Below, piece after piece: positions 41,361-52,404 of a stretch of DNA of 64,000 nucleotides. Below the pieces are notes generated by a model. It did not search any database. It was not told the origin of the DNA and was given only the letters and a program-made list of their open reading frames with translations. The translations under genes and the position numbers were made by a program. Numbering within the stretch: position 1 is the first letter of the stretch; each line of letters starts with the position of its first letter. This stretch comes from Verrucomicrobiota bacterium (GTDB taxonomy: Bacteria; Verrucomicrobiota; Verrucomicrobiia; Limisphaerales; JACQFS01), in assembly GCA_016199935.1 (NCBI GenBank), contig JACQFS010000018.1, positions 18,785 through 82,784 of the forward strand, in the 5' to 3' direction.

Positions 41361-44300
41361 ATGTATTGGATTCGAATCATTTGTCTGCTCCTGGCGACGG
41401 GAGCTTGGCTGGTGCCTGCGCACAGTCAGGCTGCCGGCGCGCCGCCGTCGGTCGCGCTGACCAGCCCGCTGCACGGCGCCTACGCGGTCGCGCCGGCGAC
41501 GGTGCGTTTCACCGCGACCGCGTCGGACTCGGACGGCTCGGTGACGAACGTGGAATTTTATTCCGGCACGAACAAACTCGCGAGCGTCACCAACGCGCCC
41601 TACCAGTTCGCGTGGACCGGGGTCGCCGCCGGGAGCTACAGCCTCACCGCCGTCGCGCGGGACAACAGCGGACTGGCGACGACCTCCGCGGTGGCGAGCA
41701 TCACGGTGCTGACGAACGGCTCGGCGATCAAGGTGATGCCGCTGGGTGACTCGATCACCGAGGGCGGTGGATTTTCCAGTCCGTATCCGGGCGCGTATCG
41801 CGTGCGGCTGTGGGCGGACCTCGCGGCGGCGGGACTCAACGTGGATTTCGTCGGCTCGGGGAGCAACGGCCCCGCCGAACTCGGCGACAAGGATCACGAG
41901 GGACACTCGGGATGGTTGATCGGGCCGGACGTGCCGGTGAATCAGAACGGCCTCTACAACAGCCTCGGCACCTGGCTCAGCAACGCGCAGCCGCACGTGG
42001 TGCTGTTGCTCATCGGCGCGAACGACGTGATTCAGAATTACGATTTCGCCAACGCGCCCACGCGCCTCGCCAACCTCATTGACCGCATCCACGCCGTCTC
42101 GTCGAACACGCACGTGATCGTCTCGAGTCTCACGCCGTTCCGCGACACGGATCTCTACAACCGCTCGAAGTCGCTCAACGCGCAGATGCCCGGCATCGTC
42201 GCGGCGCGGCAGGCGGCGGGCAAACGCATCTCGTTCGTGGACGGCACGGAGGCGATGACGCGCTTCGACCTGACGGACGGCATCCATCCGACGACGAACG
42301 GCTATTCGCAACTCGGGGATTTCTGGTTCGGTGCGCTGCTGCCCGTGATCACGTGCTCGGCCCCGCCGGAGGTGACGCTGACCGCGCCGACCAACGGTGC
42401 CACCTTCACCGCGCCCGCGAACCTCACGCTGACGGCGGCGGCCACGAACTTCGGCGGCTTGATTCAGCGCGTGGAGTTTTATCAGGACGATCTGAAAATC
42501 GGCGAGGCGACCAACGCGCCCTGGTCGCTCACCGTCAACGGCGTGACCTCGGGACGGTTCCGCTTTTCCGCGCGCGCCGTGGCCACCAACGGCGCGGCGT
42601 CCTCGAGCGCGACCAGCACGGTGCAGGACCAGTGGCAGTTCATCCGCGGCATCAACATCAACGGCGGCGCCGTCACCATCGAGGGCTACGACTGGCTGGA
42701 CTACTCGAGCGCGACGAGCCTTGGCTTTGGTTTCACCAGCGCCGTCACGCTCTCGTCGCCGAACGATTACGGCTTCACGCTGAACCCGCTGCCTTACGAT
42801 CCGAATCTCCTGACGATGTTCCAGCGGCTGGCCTATCAGCCGAACTCGAGCCAGCCGCTGAGCTTTGCGCAGTCGCTGAACAACGGCAGCTATCGCGTCT
42901 ATCTCTGGCTGCTCGAGGATTTCGGCGACTACTCGCGCACGCTCGACTTCAAGGTGCAGGGCACGACGGTGGCCACCAACGTCTTCAACGTCCCGAAGGG
43001 CACGTGGCAAAAGTTCGGCCCCTACGTCGCGATCGTGACCAACGGGCAGTTGACGGCGGACCTGCAACGCAACTCCAGCGGCGGGCCGGCGATTTTCGGC
43101 GTGACCATTTTCAAGGCCGACTCCACCAACACGCCGCCGATTCTCTCCACGCTCACCAACCTGACCATTTACCAGAACAGCTCCACCGGGCCGCTGCCGA
43201 TTTACGTGACGGATGACTACACCGCCGCGAGCAACCTCGTCCTCTCCGCCACTTCCTCCAACACCACGCTGGTGCCGACCAACCTCATCGTCCTCGGCGG
43301 CTCCGGTTTCAGCCGCACGCTCACCGTCACGCCGGCCACCAATATCGGCGGCACTTCCCTCATCACCGTGACGGCGACCGATGGCGGCGGCCTGACCAAC
43401 AGCACGAGCTTCACGCTCACCGTCATCGGGAACACGGTGCCCACCGCCAGCAACCAAACCGTCACCGCCAGCGAGGACGTCGCCAAGGCCATCACGCTGA
43501 CCGGCTCCGATGCCGAGTCGCCCACGCTGACCTACTTCCTCGTGCGCGGGCCGACCAACGGCACGCTCTCCGGTTTCAACACGAACACCGGCGCGCTCAC
43601 GTATCTGGGCAATTCCAACTTCTTCGGCGCCGACAGTTTCCTGTTCAACGTGTTTGACAGCCAGCTCACCAGCCCTGTGCCCGGCACCGTCACGATCACG
43701 GTCACGAACGTGAATGACGCGCCGGTGGCGAGCAACCAGAGCGTGACCTTGCCCGAGGACGTGGCGACGAACCTGGTGCTGCGCGGTTTCGACGTGGAGG
43801 GCAGCAACCTGACGTTCACCGTCGTCAACCTGCCGACCAACGGAGCGCTCAGCGTGTTCAACACCAACACGGGCGCGCTGACTTACCGGCCGGTGACGAA
43901 CTATTTCGGCTCGGACAGCTTCACGTTCAGCGTGAGCGACGGGCAGCTCACGAGTGCGGTGGCGACCGTGTCGCTGACGATCACGCCGGTGAACGATGCG
44001 CCAGTGGCGAGCAACCAAAGCGTGACACTGCCCGAGGACACAGCGACGAACCTCACCCTCGCCGGCTTCGACGTGGAGGGTAGCAACCTCACCTTCGCCG
44101 TGGTCGTCGGGCCGGCGCACGGCGCGCTCAGCGGCTTCGATACGAATGCCGGCACGCTCACCTACCTGCCGGTGTCCAACTATTTTGGCGCGGACAGTTT
44201 CACGTTCAGCGTGAGCGACGGGCAGTCGACGAGCGCGGTGGCGACGGTGTCGCTGACGATCACGGCGGTGAACGACGCACCGGTGGCGAGCAACCAGAGC

Positions 44301-47300
44301 GTGACGCTGCCCGAGGACACGGCGACGAACCTCACGCTCGCCGGCTTCGACGTGGAGGGCAGCAACCTCACGTTCACCGTGGTCAACCCGCCGACGAACG
44401 GCACGCTCAGCGCGTTCAACACCAACACGGGCGCGCTGACTTACCGTCCGGTGACGAATTATTTTGGAACAGACAGCTTCACTTTCAGCGTGAGCGACGG
44501 GCAGTTGACGAGCGCGGTGGCGACGGCGTCGCTGACGATCACTCCCGTGAACGATGCGCCGGTGGCGAGCAACCAGAGCGTGACGCTGCCCGAGGACACG
44601 GCGACAAACCTCGTGCTGCGCGGCTTCGACGTGGAGGGCAGCAATCTTACTTTCACCGTGGTCAGTCAGCCGACCAACGGCGCGCTCAGCGCGTTCAACA
44701 CGAATGCCGGCACACTCACCTACCTGCCGGTCACGAACTTCTTTGGGGCGGACAGCTTCACCTTCAGCGTGAGCGATGGGCAGTTGACGAGCGCGGTGGC
44801 GACGGTGTCGCTCACGATCACGGCGGTGAACGACGCGCCGGTGGCGAGCAACCAGAGCGTGACGCTGCCCGAGGACACGGCGACGAACCTCGTGCTGCGC
44901 GGCGGCGATGTGGAGGGCAGCAACCTCACCTTCACCGTCGTCAGCCCGCCGGGCAACGGCACGCTCAGCGCGTTCAACACGAACACCGGCGCGCTCACCT
45001 ACCTTCCAGTTACGAATTATTTCGGCGCAGACAGTTTCACGTTCAGCGTGAGCGACGGGCAGTTGACGAGTGCGGTGGCGACGGTGTCGCTCACGATCAC
45101 GGCGGTGAACGACGCGCCGGTGGCGAGCAACCAGAGCGTGACGTTGCCCGAGGACACGGCCACGAACCTCACGCTCACCGGCTTCGACGTGGATGGACCC
45201 GTTACCAATTTCACTATCGCCACGCTGCCGGCGCACGGCACGCTTTCCGGCACGGCGCCCAACGTCACCTACACTCCGGCGACCAACTACAACGGCCCGG
45301 ACGCCTTCACCTTCACGGTGGACGACGGCGCGCTCACTTCCGCGGTGGCGACGGTCAGCCTCACGGTCACGCCGGTGAACGACGCGCCGACCGCCTTCAG
45401 CCAGAGCCTGACGAACGCGGAAGACACGTCGCTGGCGATCACGCTCACGGCGTTCGACGTGGACGGGCCGGTGACAAATTTCGTGATCGCGACTCCGCCG
45501 GCGCACGGCGCGTTGAGCGGCACCGCGCCGAACCTCAGCTATCTTCCCGCGACGAACTACAACGGCCCGGACAGCTTCACCTTCACGGTCAACGACGGGT
45601 CGCTCACCTCCGCGGTGGCGACGGTCAGCCTCACGATCACGCCGGTGAACGACGCGCCGGTGGCGTTCGCCCAGAGCCAGACGCTCGCCGAGGACACCGG
45701 CCTCGCGCTCACGCTCACGGGCGCGGATGTGGACTCGACGAACCTTACGTTCGCGATCGTGACGGGGCCGACCAATGGCGTGCTGCTGAACTTCAACGCG
45801 ACGAACGGCGCGGTCACCTACCTGCCCAACACGAATTTCTTCGGCGCGGATGCGTTCACGTTCAGCGTGAGCGACGGGGCGCTGACGAGCGCGGCGGCGA
45901 CGGTGACGCTGACGATCACGAATGTGAACGATGCGCCGGTGGCCTTCGCGCAGAGCCGCACGCTCGCCGAGGACACGGCGCTCGCGCTCACACTCACGGG
46001 CGCGGACGTTGACTCGACCAACCTCACCTTCGTCATCGTGACGGCCCCGACGAACGGCGTGCTGCTCGCCTTCGACGCGACGAACGGCACGGCGACCTAT
46101 CTGCCCAATACGAATTTCTTCGGTCCGGACTCGTTCACGTTCAGCGCGAGCGATGGCGCGCTGACGAGTTCGCCCGCGACGGTGACGCTGACGATCACGA
46201 ATGTGAACGACGCACCCGTGGCCTTCGCGCAGAGCCGCACGCTCGCCGAGGACACCAGCCTCGCGCTCACGCTCACGGCCGCGGACGTGGACTCGACCAA
46301 CTTGATTTTCATCCTCGTCTCGTCGCCGACGAACGGCGGGTTGAGCGCGTTCAACGCGACCAACGGCACCGTCACCTACCTGCCGGTCACGAACTTCCAT
46401 GGCCCGGACTCGTTCACCTTCAGCGTCAGCGACGGCGCACTGACCAGCGCCGTGGCCGTGGTCACGCTCAACGTCACCAACGTGAACGACACGCCCGTCG
46501 CCTTCGCGCAGAGCCAGACCCTCGCCGAGGACACGAGCCTCGCGCTCACGCTCACGGGCGCGGACGTGGACTCGCCGGTGCTCACCTTCATCATTGTGAC
46601 CGGGCCGACCAACGGCGTGCTCCAGGATTTCAGCCCGGACGACGGCACGGTGACATATCTGCCGAACACGAACTTCTTCGGCGCGGACGCGTTCACGTTC
46701 AGCGTGAGCGACGGGGCGCTGACGAGCGCGGCGGCGACGGTGACGCTGACGGTCACGAATGTGAACGATGCGCCCGTCGCCTTCAGCCAGTCGCTGACAA
46801 ATGCCGAGGACGCCGCGTGGCCGATCACGCTCACGGGCCTCGACGTGGACGGGCCGCTCACGAACTTCACCGTCGTGGACGTGCCGACCAATGGCGTGCT
46901 GCGCGTGCTCGACACGAACGGCGCGGTGCTGTTCACCGTGACCAACGGCATGAGTCTCGGCGCGACGAACGCGTTGAGCTACCTCCCCGCGACGAACTTC
47001 TTTGGCGAAGACGCGTTCACGTTCACCGTGGATGACGGCGCGCTCACCTCGGAGGTCGCGACGGTTTCGCTGACGATCACGAACGTGAACGACGCGCCGG
47101 TCGCGTTCGCACAAAGCCAGACGCTGGCCGAGGACACGCCGACGCCGCTCACGCTCGCGGGCACGGACATTGACTCGCCGAACCTCACATTCCTCATCGT
47201 CGCCGGTCCGACCAACGGCGCGCTGCTGAATTTCAACGCGACGAACGGCACGGTGACGTATCGGCCGAACACGAACTTCTTCGGCAGCGACGCATTCACC

Positions 47301-49202
47301 TTCGCGGTGAGCGATGGCGCGCTGACGAGCGCGGCGGCGGTGGTTTCGCTGACGATCACGAACGTGAACGACGCGCCGGTCGCGTTCGCGCAGAGCCAGA
47401 TCCTGGCCGAGGACACGAGTCTCGTGCTCACCCTCGCGGGCGCGGATGTGGACTCGACCAACCTGACGTTCGTGCTGGTGACCGGCCCCACGAACGGCGC
47501 GCTCACCGGCTTCAACGCCACGAACGGGACGGTGACCTACATGCCGGCCACGAACTTTTTCGGCGCGGACGCCTTCACGTTCAGCGTGAGCGACGGCGCG
47601 TTGACGAGCGCGGTGGCGGTGGTTTCGCTGACCATCACCAACGTCAACGACGCGCCCGTGGCGTTTGCCCAGAGCCAGACGCTGGCGGAGGACACGAGCA
47701 TCGCACTCACGCTCGCGGGAGCGGACATTGACTCGTCCAACCTCACCTATCTCGTCGTCACCGGGCCGACCAACGGAACGCTGGCGGGCTTCAACGCCAC
47801 GAACGGGACGTTGACCTACCGGCCGAACACGAATTTCTTCGGCGCGGATTCCTTCACGTTCAGCGTGAGCGATGGCGCACTGACCAGTGCCGCGGCGGTG
47901 GTTTCACTCACCATCACGAACGTGAACGACGCGCCTGTCGCGCAGGCGCAAAGCGTGACCGTGGGCGAGGACACGCCGGCGGCGATCACGCTCGTCGGGA
48001 CGGATGTGGACTCGACGAACCTCACGTTCATCCTGCTCCGCGGCCCGACCAACGGCACGCTCACGAGCTTCAACACCAACACCGGCGCGGCGACGTATCT
48101 GGGCGGCACGAACTTCTTCGGCGCGGACAGTTTCGTGTTCAACGTCTCCGACGGCCAGCTTACTGGCGCGGTGCCGGCCACCGTCTCGATCACGGTCACG
48201 AACATCAATGACCCGCCCGTCGCGAACAGCCAGAGCGCCGGCCTCCTCGAGGACACGAGCCTCGCGCTCACGCTCACCGGCTCGGACATTGACTCGACCA
48301 ACCTCACGTTCCTCATCGTCACGCCGCCGGCGCACGGCGTGCTCTCGGCGTTCAACGCGACGAACGGCCATGTGACCTACACGCCGGCGACGAATTATTT
48401 TGGCGCGGACGCGTTCACCTTCGCGGTGAGCGATGGCTCGCTGACGAGTGCGGCGGCGACGGTCTCGCTCACCATCACGAACGTCAACGACCCGCCCGTG
48501 GCCGGCAATCTCTCGCTCTCCGTCCCGGCGAACACCAACTCCACGCGCACGCTCGCCGCGACTGATCCGGACGGCGACGCGCTCACGTTCGCGCTCACGT
48601 CGGCGCCGACCAACGGGCTGCTCACGGCGTTCAACGCGACGAACGGCGCGTTCACCTACACGCCGGCACACGCCTTCGCCGGCAAGGACGCGTTCACCTT
48701 CACCGTGAGCGACGGCGTGCTCACCGCCACCGGCGCAGTGCAACTCACCGTCGTGGCGCAGACGGACGCGAACACCAACGGCATCCCCGACGCGTGGGAG
48801 GACGCCTACTTCGGCGGCCGGCTCGCGCCCGAGGATCCGGACGCCGATCCGGACGGCGACGGCTTCACCAACTTGCAGGAATACCTCGCCGACACGAATC
48901 CGCGCGACCCGCGTTCGGCGCTCGCGATCACCGCCGTGCAGCCCGGCGCGACCAACAACACCTTCGTCGTCACGTGGAGCGCGATGGGTGGCGTGCGCTA
49001 CCGCCTGCGCTTCAGCAACGGCGACACCAACGGCGCCTACACCGGCTCCTTCACGTCCGTGCCGCGCGGCATCGCGGAGGAAATGTGCCCCGCGCCGATC
49101 GGCACCGCGACCAACCTGACCTTCCTCGACGACGGCTCGCTCACCGGCCCGACAACGGTGCCGGGCCTCCGCTACTTCCGCATCGAGGCGGTAAAGGAAT
49201 AA
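41361..49202 (+). CDS. Giant surface protein: Ig-like, SGNH esterase, Ig-like, lectin-like, 19 cadherin/tandem-95 Ig repeats, Asp-rich motif, C-terminal domain
   Basis: Signal peptide; GDSITEG...DGIHP; 19 NDAPVA-type units counted by eye (~43430-48760); DPDGDGFTNLQEY; ends RYFRIEAVKE. Confidence 0.93.
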   Translation: MYWIRIICLLLATGAWLVPAHSQAAGAPPSVALTSPLHGAYAVAPATVRFTATASDSDGSVTNVEFYSGTNKLASVTNAPYQFAWTGVAAGSYSLTAVARDNSGLATTSAVASITVLTNGSAIKVMPLGDSITEGGGFSSPYPGAYRVRLWADLAAAGLNVDFVGSGSNGPAELGDKDHEGHSGWLIGPDVPVNQNGLYNSLGTWLSNAQPHVVLLLIGANDVIQNYDFANAPTRLANLIDRIHAVSSNTHVIVSSLTPFRDTDLYNRSKSLNAQMPGIVAARQAAGKRISFVDGTEAMTRFDLTDGIHPTTNGYSQLGDFWFGALLPVITCSAPPEVTLTAPTNGATFTAPANLTLTAAATNFGGLIQRVEFYQDDLKIGEATNAPWSLTVNGVTSGRFRFSARAVATNGAASSSATSTVQDQWQFIRGININGGAVTIEGYDWLDYSSATSLGFGFTSAVTLSSPNDYGFTLNPLPYDPNLLTMFQRLAYQPNSSQPLSFAQSLNNGSYRVYLWLLEDFGDYSRTLDFKVQGTTVATNVFNVPKGTWQKFGPYVAIVTNGQLTADLQRNSSGGPAIFGVTIFKADSTNTPPILSTLTNLTIYQNSSTGPLPIYVTDDYTAASNLVLSATSSNTTLVPTNLIVLGGSGFSRTLTVTPATNIGGTSLITVTATDGGGLTNSTSFTLTVIGNTVPTASNQTVTASEDVAKAITLTGSDAESPTLTYFLVRGPTNGTLSGFNTNTGALTYLGNSNFFGADSFLFNVFDSQLTSPVPGTVTITVTNVNDAPVASNQSVTLPEDVATNLVLRGFDVEGSNLTFTVVNLPTNGALSVFNTNTGALTYRPVTNYFGSDSFTFSVSDGQLTSAVATVSLTITPVNDAPVASNQSVTLPEDTATNLTLAGFDVEGSNLTFAVVVGPAHGALSGFDTNAGTLTYLPVSNYFGADSFTFSVSDGQSTSAVATVSLTITAVNDAPVASNQSVTLPEDTATNLTLAGFDVEGSNLTFTVVNPPTNGTLSAFNTNTGALTYRPVTNYFGTDSFTFSVSDGQLTSAVATASLTITPVNDAPVASNQSVTLPEDTATNLVLRGFDVEGSNLTFTVVSQPTNGALSAFNTNAGTLTYLPVTNFFGADSFTFSVSDGQLTSAVATVSLTITAVNDAPVASNQSVTLPEDTATNLVLRGGDVEGSNLTFTVVSPPGNGTLSAFNTNTGALTYLPVTNYFGADSFTFSVSDGQLTSAVATVSLTITAVNDAPVASNQSVTLPEDTATNLTLTGFDVDGPVTNFTIATLPAHGTLSGTAPNVTYTPATNYNGPDAFTFTVDDGALTSAVATVSLTVTPVNDAPTAFSQSLTNAEDTSLAITLTAFDVDGPVTNFVIATPPAHGALSGTAPNLSYLPATNYNGPDSFTFTVNDGSLTSAVATVSLTITPVNDAPVAFAQSQTLAEDTGLALTLTGADVDSTNLTFAIVTGPTNGVLLNFNATNGAVTYLPNTNFFGADAFTFSVSDGALTSAAATVTLTITNVNDAPVAFAQSRTLAEDTALALTLTGADVDSTNLTFVIVTAPTNGVLLAFDATNGTATYLPNTNFFGPDSFTFSASDGALTSSPATVTLTITNVNDAPVAFAQSRTLAEDTSLALTLTAADVDSTNLIFILVSSPTNGGLSAFNATNGTVTYLPVTNFHGPDSFTFSVSDGALTSAVAVVTLNVTNVNDTPVAFAQSQTLAEDTSLALTLTGADVDSPVLTFIIVTGPTNGVLQDFSPDDGTVTYLPNTNFFGADAFTFSVSDGALTSAAATVTLTVTNVNDAPVAFSQSLTNAEDAAWPITLTGLDVDGPLTNFTVVDVPTNGVLRVLDTNGAVLFTVTNGMSLGATNALSYLPATNFFGEDAFTFTVDDGALTSEVATVSLTITNVNDAPVAFAQSQTLAEDTPTPLTLAGTDIDSPNLTFLIVAGPTNGALLNFNATNGTVTYRPNTNFFGSDAFTFAVSDGALTSAAAVVSLTITNVNDAPVAFAQSQILAEDTSLVLTLAGADVDSTNLTFVLVTGPTNGALTGFNATNGTVTYMPATNFFGADAFTFSVSDGALTSAVAVVSLTITNVNDAPVAFAQSQTLAEDTSIALTLAGADIDSSNLTYLVVTGPTNGTLAGFNATNGTLTYRPNTNFFGADSFTFSVSDGALTSAAAVVSLTITNVNDAPVAQAQSVTVGEDTPAAITLVGTDVDSTNLTFILLRGPTNGTLTSFNTNTGAATYLGGTNFFGADSFVFNVSDGQLTGAVPATVSITVTNINDPPVANSQSAGLLEDTSLALTLTGSDIDSTNLTFLIVTPPAHGVLSAFNATNGHVTYTPATNYFGADAFTFAVSDGSLTSAAATVSLTITNVNDPPVAGNLSLSVPANTNSTRTLAATDPDGDALTFALTSAPTNGLLTAFNATNGAFTYTPAHAFAGKDAFTFTVSDGVLTATGAVQLTVVAQTDANTNGIPDAWEDAYFGGRLAPEDPDADPDGDGFTNLQEYLADTNPRDPRSALAITAVQPGATNNTFVVTWSAMGGVRYRLRFSNGDTNGAYTGSFTSVPRGIAEEMCPAPIGTATNLTFLDDGSLTGPTTVPGLRYFRIEAVKE

Positions 49203-50153
49203 TTAACGGCTGGCGGGCGAGGCGAACACCTTTGCCATCTCGATCAGAAAAATTCGGCGGAGCACGTCGTAGCCGCGCTCGTTGGGATCTTCCAAATTGG
49301 CGTGATACCAATGGTGAGGATCGTCTTTGTGGAAATGCGGCGACCAAAATTTGGTGCAATGAATGCCGTGCCCCAGAAATTCCCGGCGCATGTCCACCAC
49401 GCGGGTGTTTGAATGCCTCGCGGCGACGCGGGCGATGACTTCGTTATAACGCCGGTGAATTTCCAACCCGTCCTTCCAGCGGGGCAATCCCGCTCCGGCG
49501 TTCTCGATGTCTCCAATTCCGTCTGTGGGATCATAAATGCTGGCCAGGAAAATCCGGCACCCGCCGGGGAACGCCGCACTGATTACGTCGAGCATCGTAT
49601 CGAGTCGGTGCTCGAAGTTGGTGATCCACGGTTCGGCCTGCGGTAGAGACGCGCCATACATCGCCCCCTCGTGCGGAGTTCCACGCCCGTAGTCGTGGAT
49701 GATGTCATTGCCCCCGGTGGTCATCACCACCAACCCGAAAACGTTTGTGGGTGCGAGTGTCAGTCGGGGAATCTGCTTGGCGGCATGTTGCGGCGAGGTG
49801 CTGCCCGAGAGTGAAAGGTTGGTGACGGTCAGGTTCGGAAAAACGACACGAAGATTTATGCCGGCCAGGTCGGCAAACTCGTCCGGCGGATTTGCGACCA
49901 GTCGGTCGAAGTAGGAATAGCCGCGGCGTGCGCCAAATCCGGCCGTGACGCTGTCGCCCAAACCGACGAGCAACACTTGCCGCGGTGACCAGACGTTTCG
50001 AAATGCTTCGCGTGGCACCTTGGGTCCAGCCGGGCCGGTGCCTTCCGGCTTGTCGAAAAAGAAATGAAACCCGGCTGCCGCCGACAGCAACACCGCAACG
50101 ACCGTCGAGCCGCCGATCACCAGCAGACGGCGCGTTTTCTTTGCATCTGGCAT
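49203..50153 (-). CDS. SGNH/GDSL hydrolase
   Basis: GLGDSVTAG, TGGND, EDPNERGY; N-terminal anchor. Confidence 0.85.
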   Translation of the reverse strand: MPDAKKTRRLLVIGGSTVVAVLLSAAAGFHFFFDKPEGTGPAGPKVPREAFRNVWSPRQVLLVGLGDSVTAGFGARRGYSYFDRLVANPPDEFADLAGINLRVVFPNLTVTNLSLSGSTSPQHAAKQIPRLTLAPTNVFGLVVMTTGGNDIIHDYGRGTPHEGAMYGASLPQAEPWITNFEHRLDTMLDVISAAFPGGCRIFLASIYDPTDGIGDIENAGAGLPRWKDGLEIHRRYNEVIARVAARHSNTRVVDMRREFLGHGIHCTKFWSPHFHKDDPHHWYHANLEDPNERGYDVLRRIFLIEMAKVFASPASR

Positions 50154-50239
50154 TGCACCGAAAAGTATCTTTGCCCAAGCGTCGAAACGAACTTTTTCTC
50201 CTTCATTCCCCGCGGGCTGCTGCCTACTCTCCGCGCCCT

Positions 50240-51346
50240 ATGTCAAAGACGTTCAAGATTGCCGCGCTCGCCGGCGACGGCATCGGCCCCGAGGTCATGC
50301 GCGAAGCCATCAAGGTGCTGCGCGCGGTGGAGAAAAAATTCGCCCTCAGTTTCCAAATCACCGAGGCGCCGGTGGGCTGGGCGGGCATTGATGCCGCCGG
50401 CAAGGCCTTGCCCGACGCCACGCTCGCGCTGTGCCAGCAGAGCGATGCGATCCTTTTCGGCTCCGTCGGCCTGCCCGACCGCGACCCGACGATTCCGAAG
50501 GAGCAGCGCCCCGAGCGCGCCGCGCTGCTGCGCATCCGCAAGGAGTTCGGGCTGTTCGCAAATCTCCGGCCGGTGCAGTTGCCCAAGGCGCTCGCGCATT
50601 CGTGCCCGCTCCGGCCCGAGCGGCAGGGGGACGGCATTGACATCCTCGTCGTGCGCGAGCTGACGGGCGGGATGTATTTCGGCCAGCCGAAGAAGACGGA
50701 GGAAATCCCCGGCGGCCACCGCGCGATTGACACGATGGTTTACACCACGCCGGAGATCGAGCGCATCGCGCACGTGGCGTTCAAGGCCGCACGCCTGCGC
50801 CGCAAAAAACTGTGCAGCATCGACAAGGCGAACGTGCTCGAAAACGGCGTGCTCTGGCGCGACGTCGTCACGCGCATCGGCAAGGACTACGCCGACGTGA
50901 CGCTGGAGCACATGTTCGTGGACAACGGCGCGATGCAACTGATGCTCCGCCCGACGCAGTTCGACGTGATGCTGTGCGAAAATATGTTCGGCGACATCCT
51001 CAGCGACGAGGCCGCCGCGCTCGCCGGTTCGCTCGGCATGTTGCCCAGCGCGAGTCTCGGCACCACGAGCGGCGAGCGGACCTTCGGCTTCTTCGAGCCC
51101 GCCGGCGGCACCGCGCCCGACATCGCCGGGAAAAATCTCGCGAACCCCATCGCGCAGATTCTCTCCACTGCGCTCATGCTCCGCTACAGCTTCGGCCTCA
51201 ACGACGCGGCCGCCGCCATCGAGACCGCCGTGGCCAAAGCCATCGCGCAAGGCCTTCGCACCGGCGACATCTACACGCCCGCCGACCCGACCGCGAAGAA
51301 GGTCGGCACGCGCGAGATGGGCGATGCCATCGCGGCGGCGGTGTAA
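50240..51346 (+). CDS. leuB: 3-isopropylmalate dehydrogenase
   Basis: GDGIGPEV, VRELTGGMYFG, DKANVL, ENMFGDILSD, EPAGGTAPDIAG. Confidence 0.97.
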   Translation: MSKTFKIAALAGDGIGPEVMREAIKVLRAVEKKFALSFQITEAPVGWAGIDAAGKALPDATLALCQQSDAILFGSVGLPDRDPTIPKEQRPERAALLRIRKEFGLFANLRPVQLPKALAHSCPLRPERQGDGIDILVVRELTGGMYFGQPKKTEEIPGGHRAIDTMVYTTPEIERIAHVAFKAARLRRKKLCSIDKANVLENGVLWRDVVTRIGKDYADVTLEHMFVDNGAMQLMLRPTQFDVMLCENMFGDILSDEAAALAGSLGMLPSASLGTTSGERTFGFFEPAGGTAPDIAGKNLANPIAQILSTALMLRYSFGLNDAAAAIETAVAKAIAQGLRTGDIYTPADPTAKKVGTREMGDAIAAAV

Positions 51347-51401
51347 TCCGGTGCTGTGGGCTTGCGCCGCTGCGGGGCTTCTGCTCCGTTTGCGCGCGAC
51401 C

Positions 51402-52289
51402 ATGCGCGGCCCGCTTTCCATTCTGGTGCTCGCCTCCGCCCTCCTCGGGCCGGCGCTCGCGTCCGCGCAGACGAATCCTTCCTCCGTCACGCTCCCGGTC
51501 GAAATCCGCCGCGGCTCCCTGCTCGTGAAGACGCGCATCAACGGTTTCGAACCGCTCACGTTCAAGCTCGATACCGGCTTCGGCATCACCACGCTTCACC
51601 CGTCGCTCACCGAGCCGCTCAAGCTCCAGCGCGTCGGGCGGCTCACCATCGTCGGCATCGCGGGCCGCGAGCAGGCGGGCACCTTCGGTGGCGCGGTGTT
51701 TGATTTTGGCGGGATGAAATTTTCGCCGCGCCGCGTGGCCGCGCTGCCGTCCGAGGCGAACCGTCCCCGCCGCGGGCGCGACGGAATCCTGGGCGCGGAT
51801 TTTTTCGAGCGCTTCGTGGTCGAGCTTGATCCGAAGGCGAAGACGTTGAAACTGCACGAGCCGTCGTCGTTCAACTACACGGGCAAAGGGGAAATCCTCC
51901 CGCTCGAATTCCGCTCCGACACGCCGATCGCGGAGGCCACCGTCACGCTGGCCGGCCGCGCGCCGGTGCGGGCGAAGTTCGAGATTGATTGCGGCTGCGA
52001 CGACTGCCTCTGCCTCGGCCGCGCGTTCTGCGACGCCAACGGCCTGCTCGACGCGAACGGCAAGGACGGCCGGCGCGTCGGCGTGGGCGGCGGCACGGGT
52101 GTGCGTGAGGGCCAGCTCGCGTCGTTGCAACTCGGCAAGCTCACGGTGGTGAAACCGTCCGCGAATTTTTTCCTCGAAGGCTCGCCGGCGGGCGCGGGCC
52201 TCGCCGGCCACATCGGCCTCGGCGCGCTGCAAAAGTTCCGCGTGATCTTCGACTACTCGCGCAAGCGGATGATCCTCGAGCCGCTGTGA
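51402..52289 (+). CDS. Secreted two-domain retropepsin-like aspartyl protease
   Basis: Signal peptide; KLDTG and EIDCG motifs; DGILG. Confidence 0.8.
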   Translation: MRGPLSILVLASALLGPALASAQTNPSSVTLPVEIRRGSLLVKTRINGFEPLTFKLDTGFGITTLHPSLTEPLKLQRVGRLTIVGIAGREQAGTFGGAVFDFGGMKFSPRRVAALPSEANRPRRGRDGILGADFFERFVVELDPKAKTLKLHEPSSFNYTGKGEILPLEFRSDTPIAEATVTLAGRAPVRAKFEIDCGCDDCLCLGRAFCDANGLLDANGKDGRRVGVGGGTGVREGQLASLQLGKLTVVKPSANFFLEGSPAGAGLAGHIGLGALQKFRVIFDYSRKRMILEPL

Positions 52290-52290
52290 T

Positions 52291-52372
52291 CAAGGCGCGG
52301 AGACATTTTTGTCGCCGGGTCGTCTGTCCAAAAACTTGAGTGACGAGGCGACAAGAGTGTCGCCGCTCCTTG
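52291..52372. repeat. REP-like palindrome
   Basis: IR 52291-52316 / 52347-52372, 22/26. Confidence 0.8.
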
Positions 52373-52404
52373 GTTGCGTCCGCGTCGCCATCTTTTCCGC
52401 CGCT

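Noticed and set aside
41310-47114. 1934-aa minus-strand ORF
   Set aside because: Antisense shadow of the giant repeat protein; no recognisable domain.
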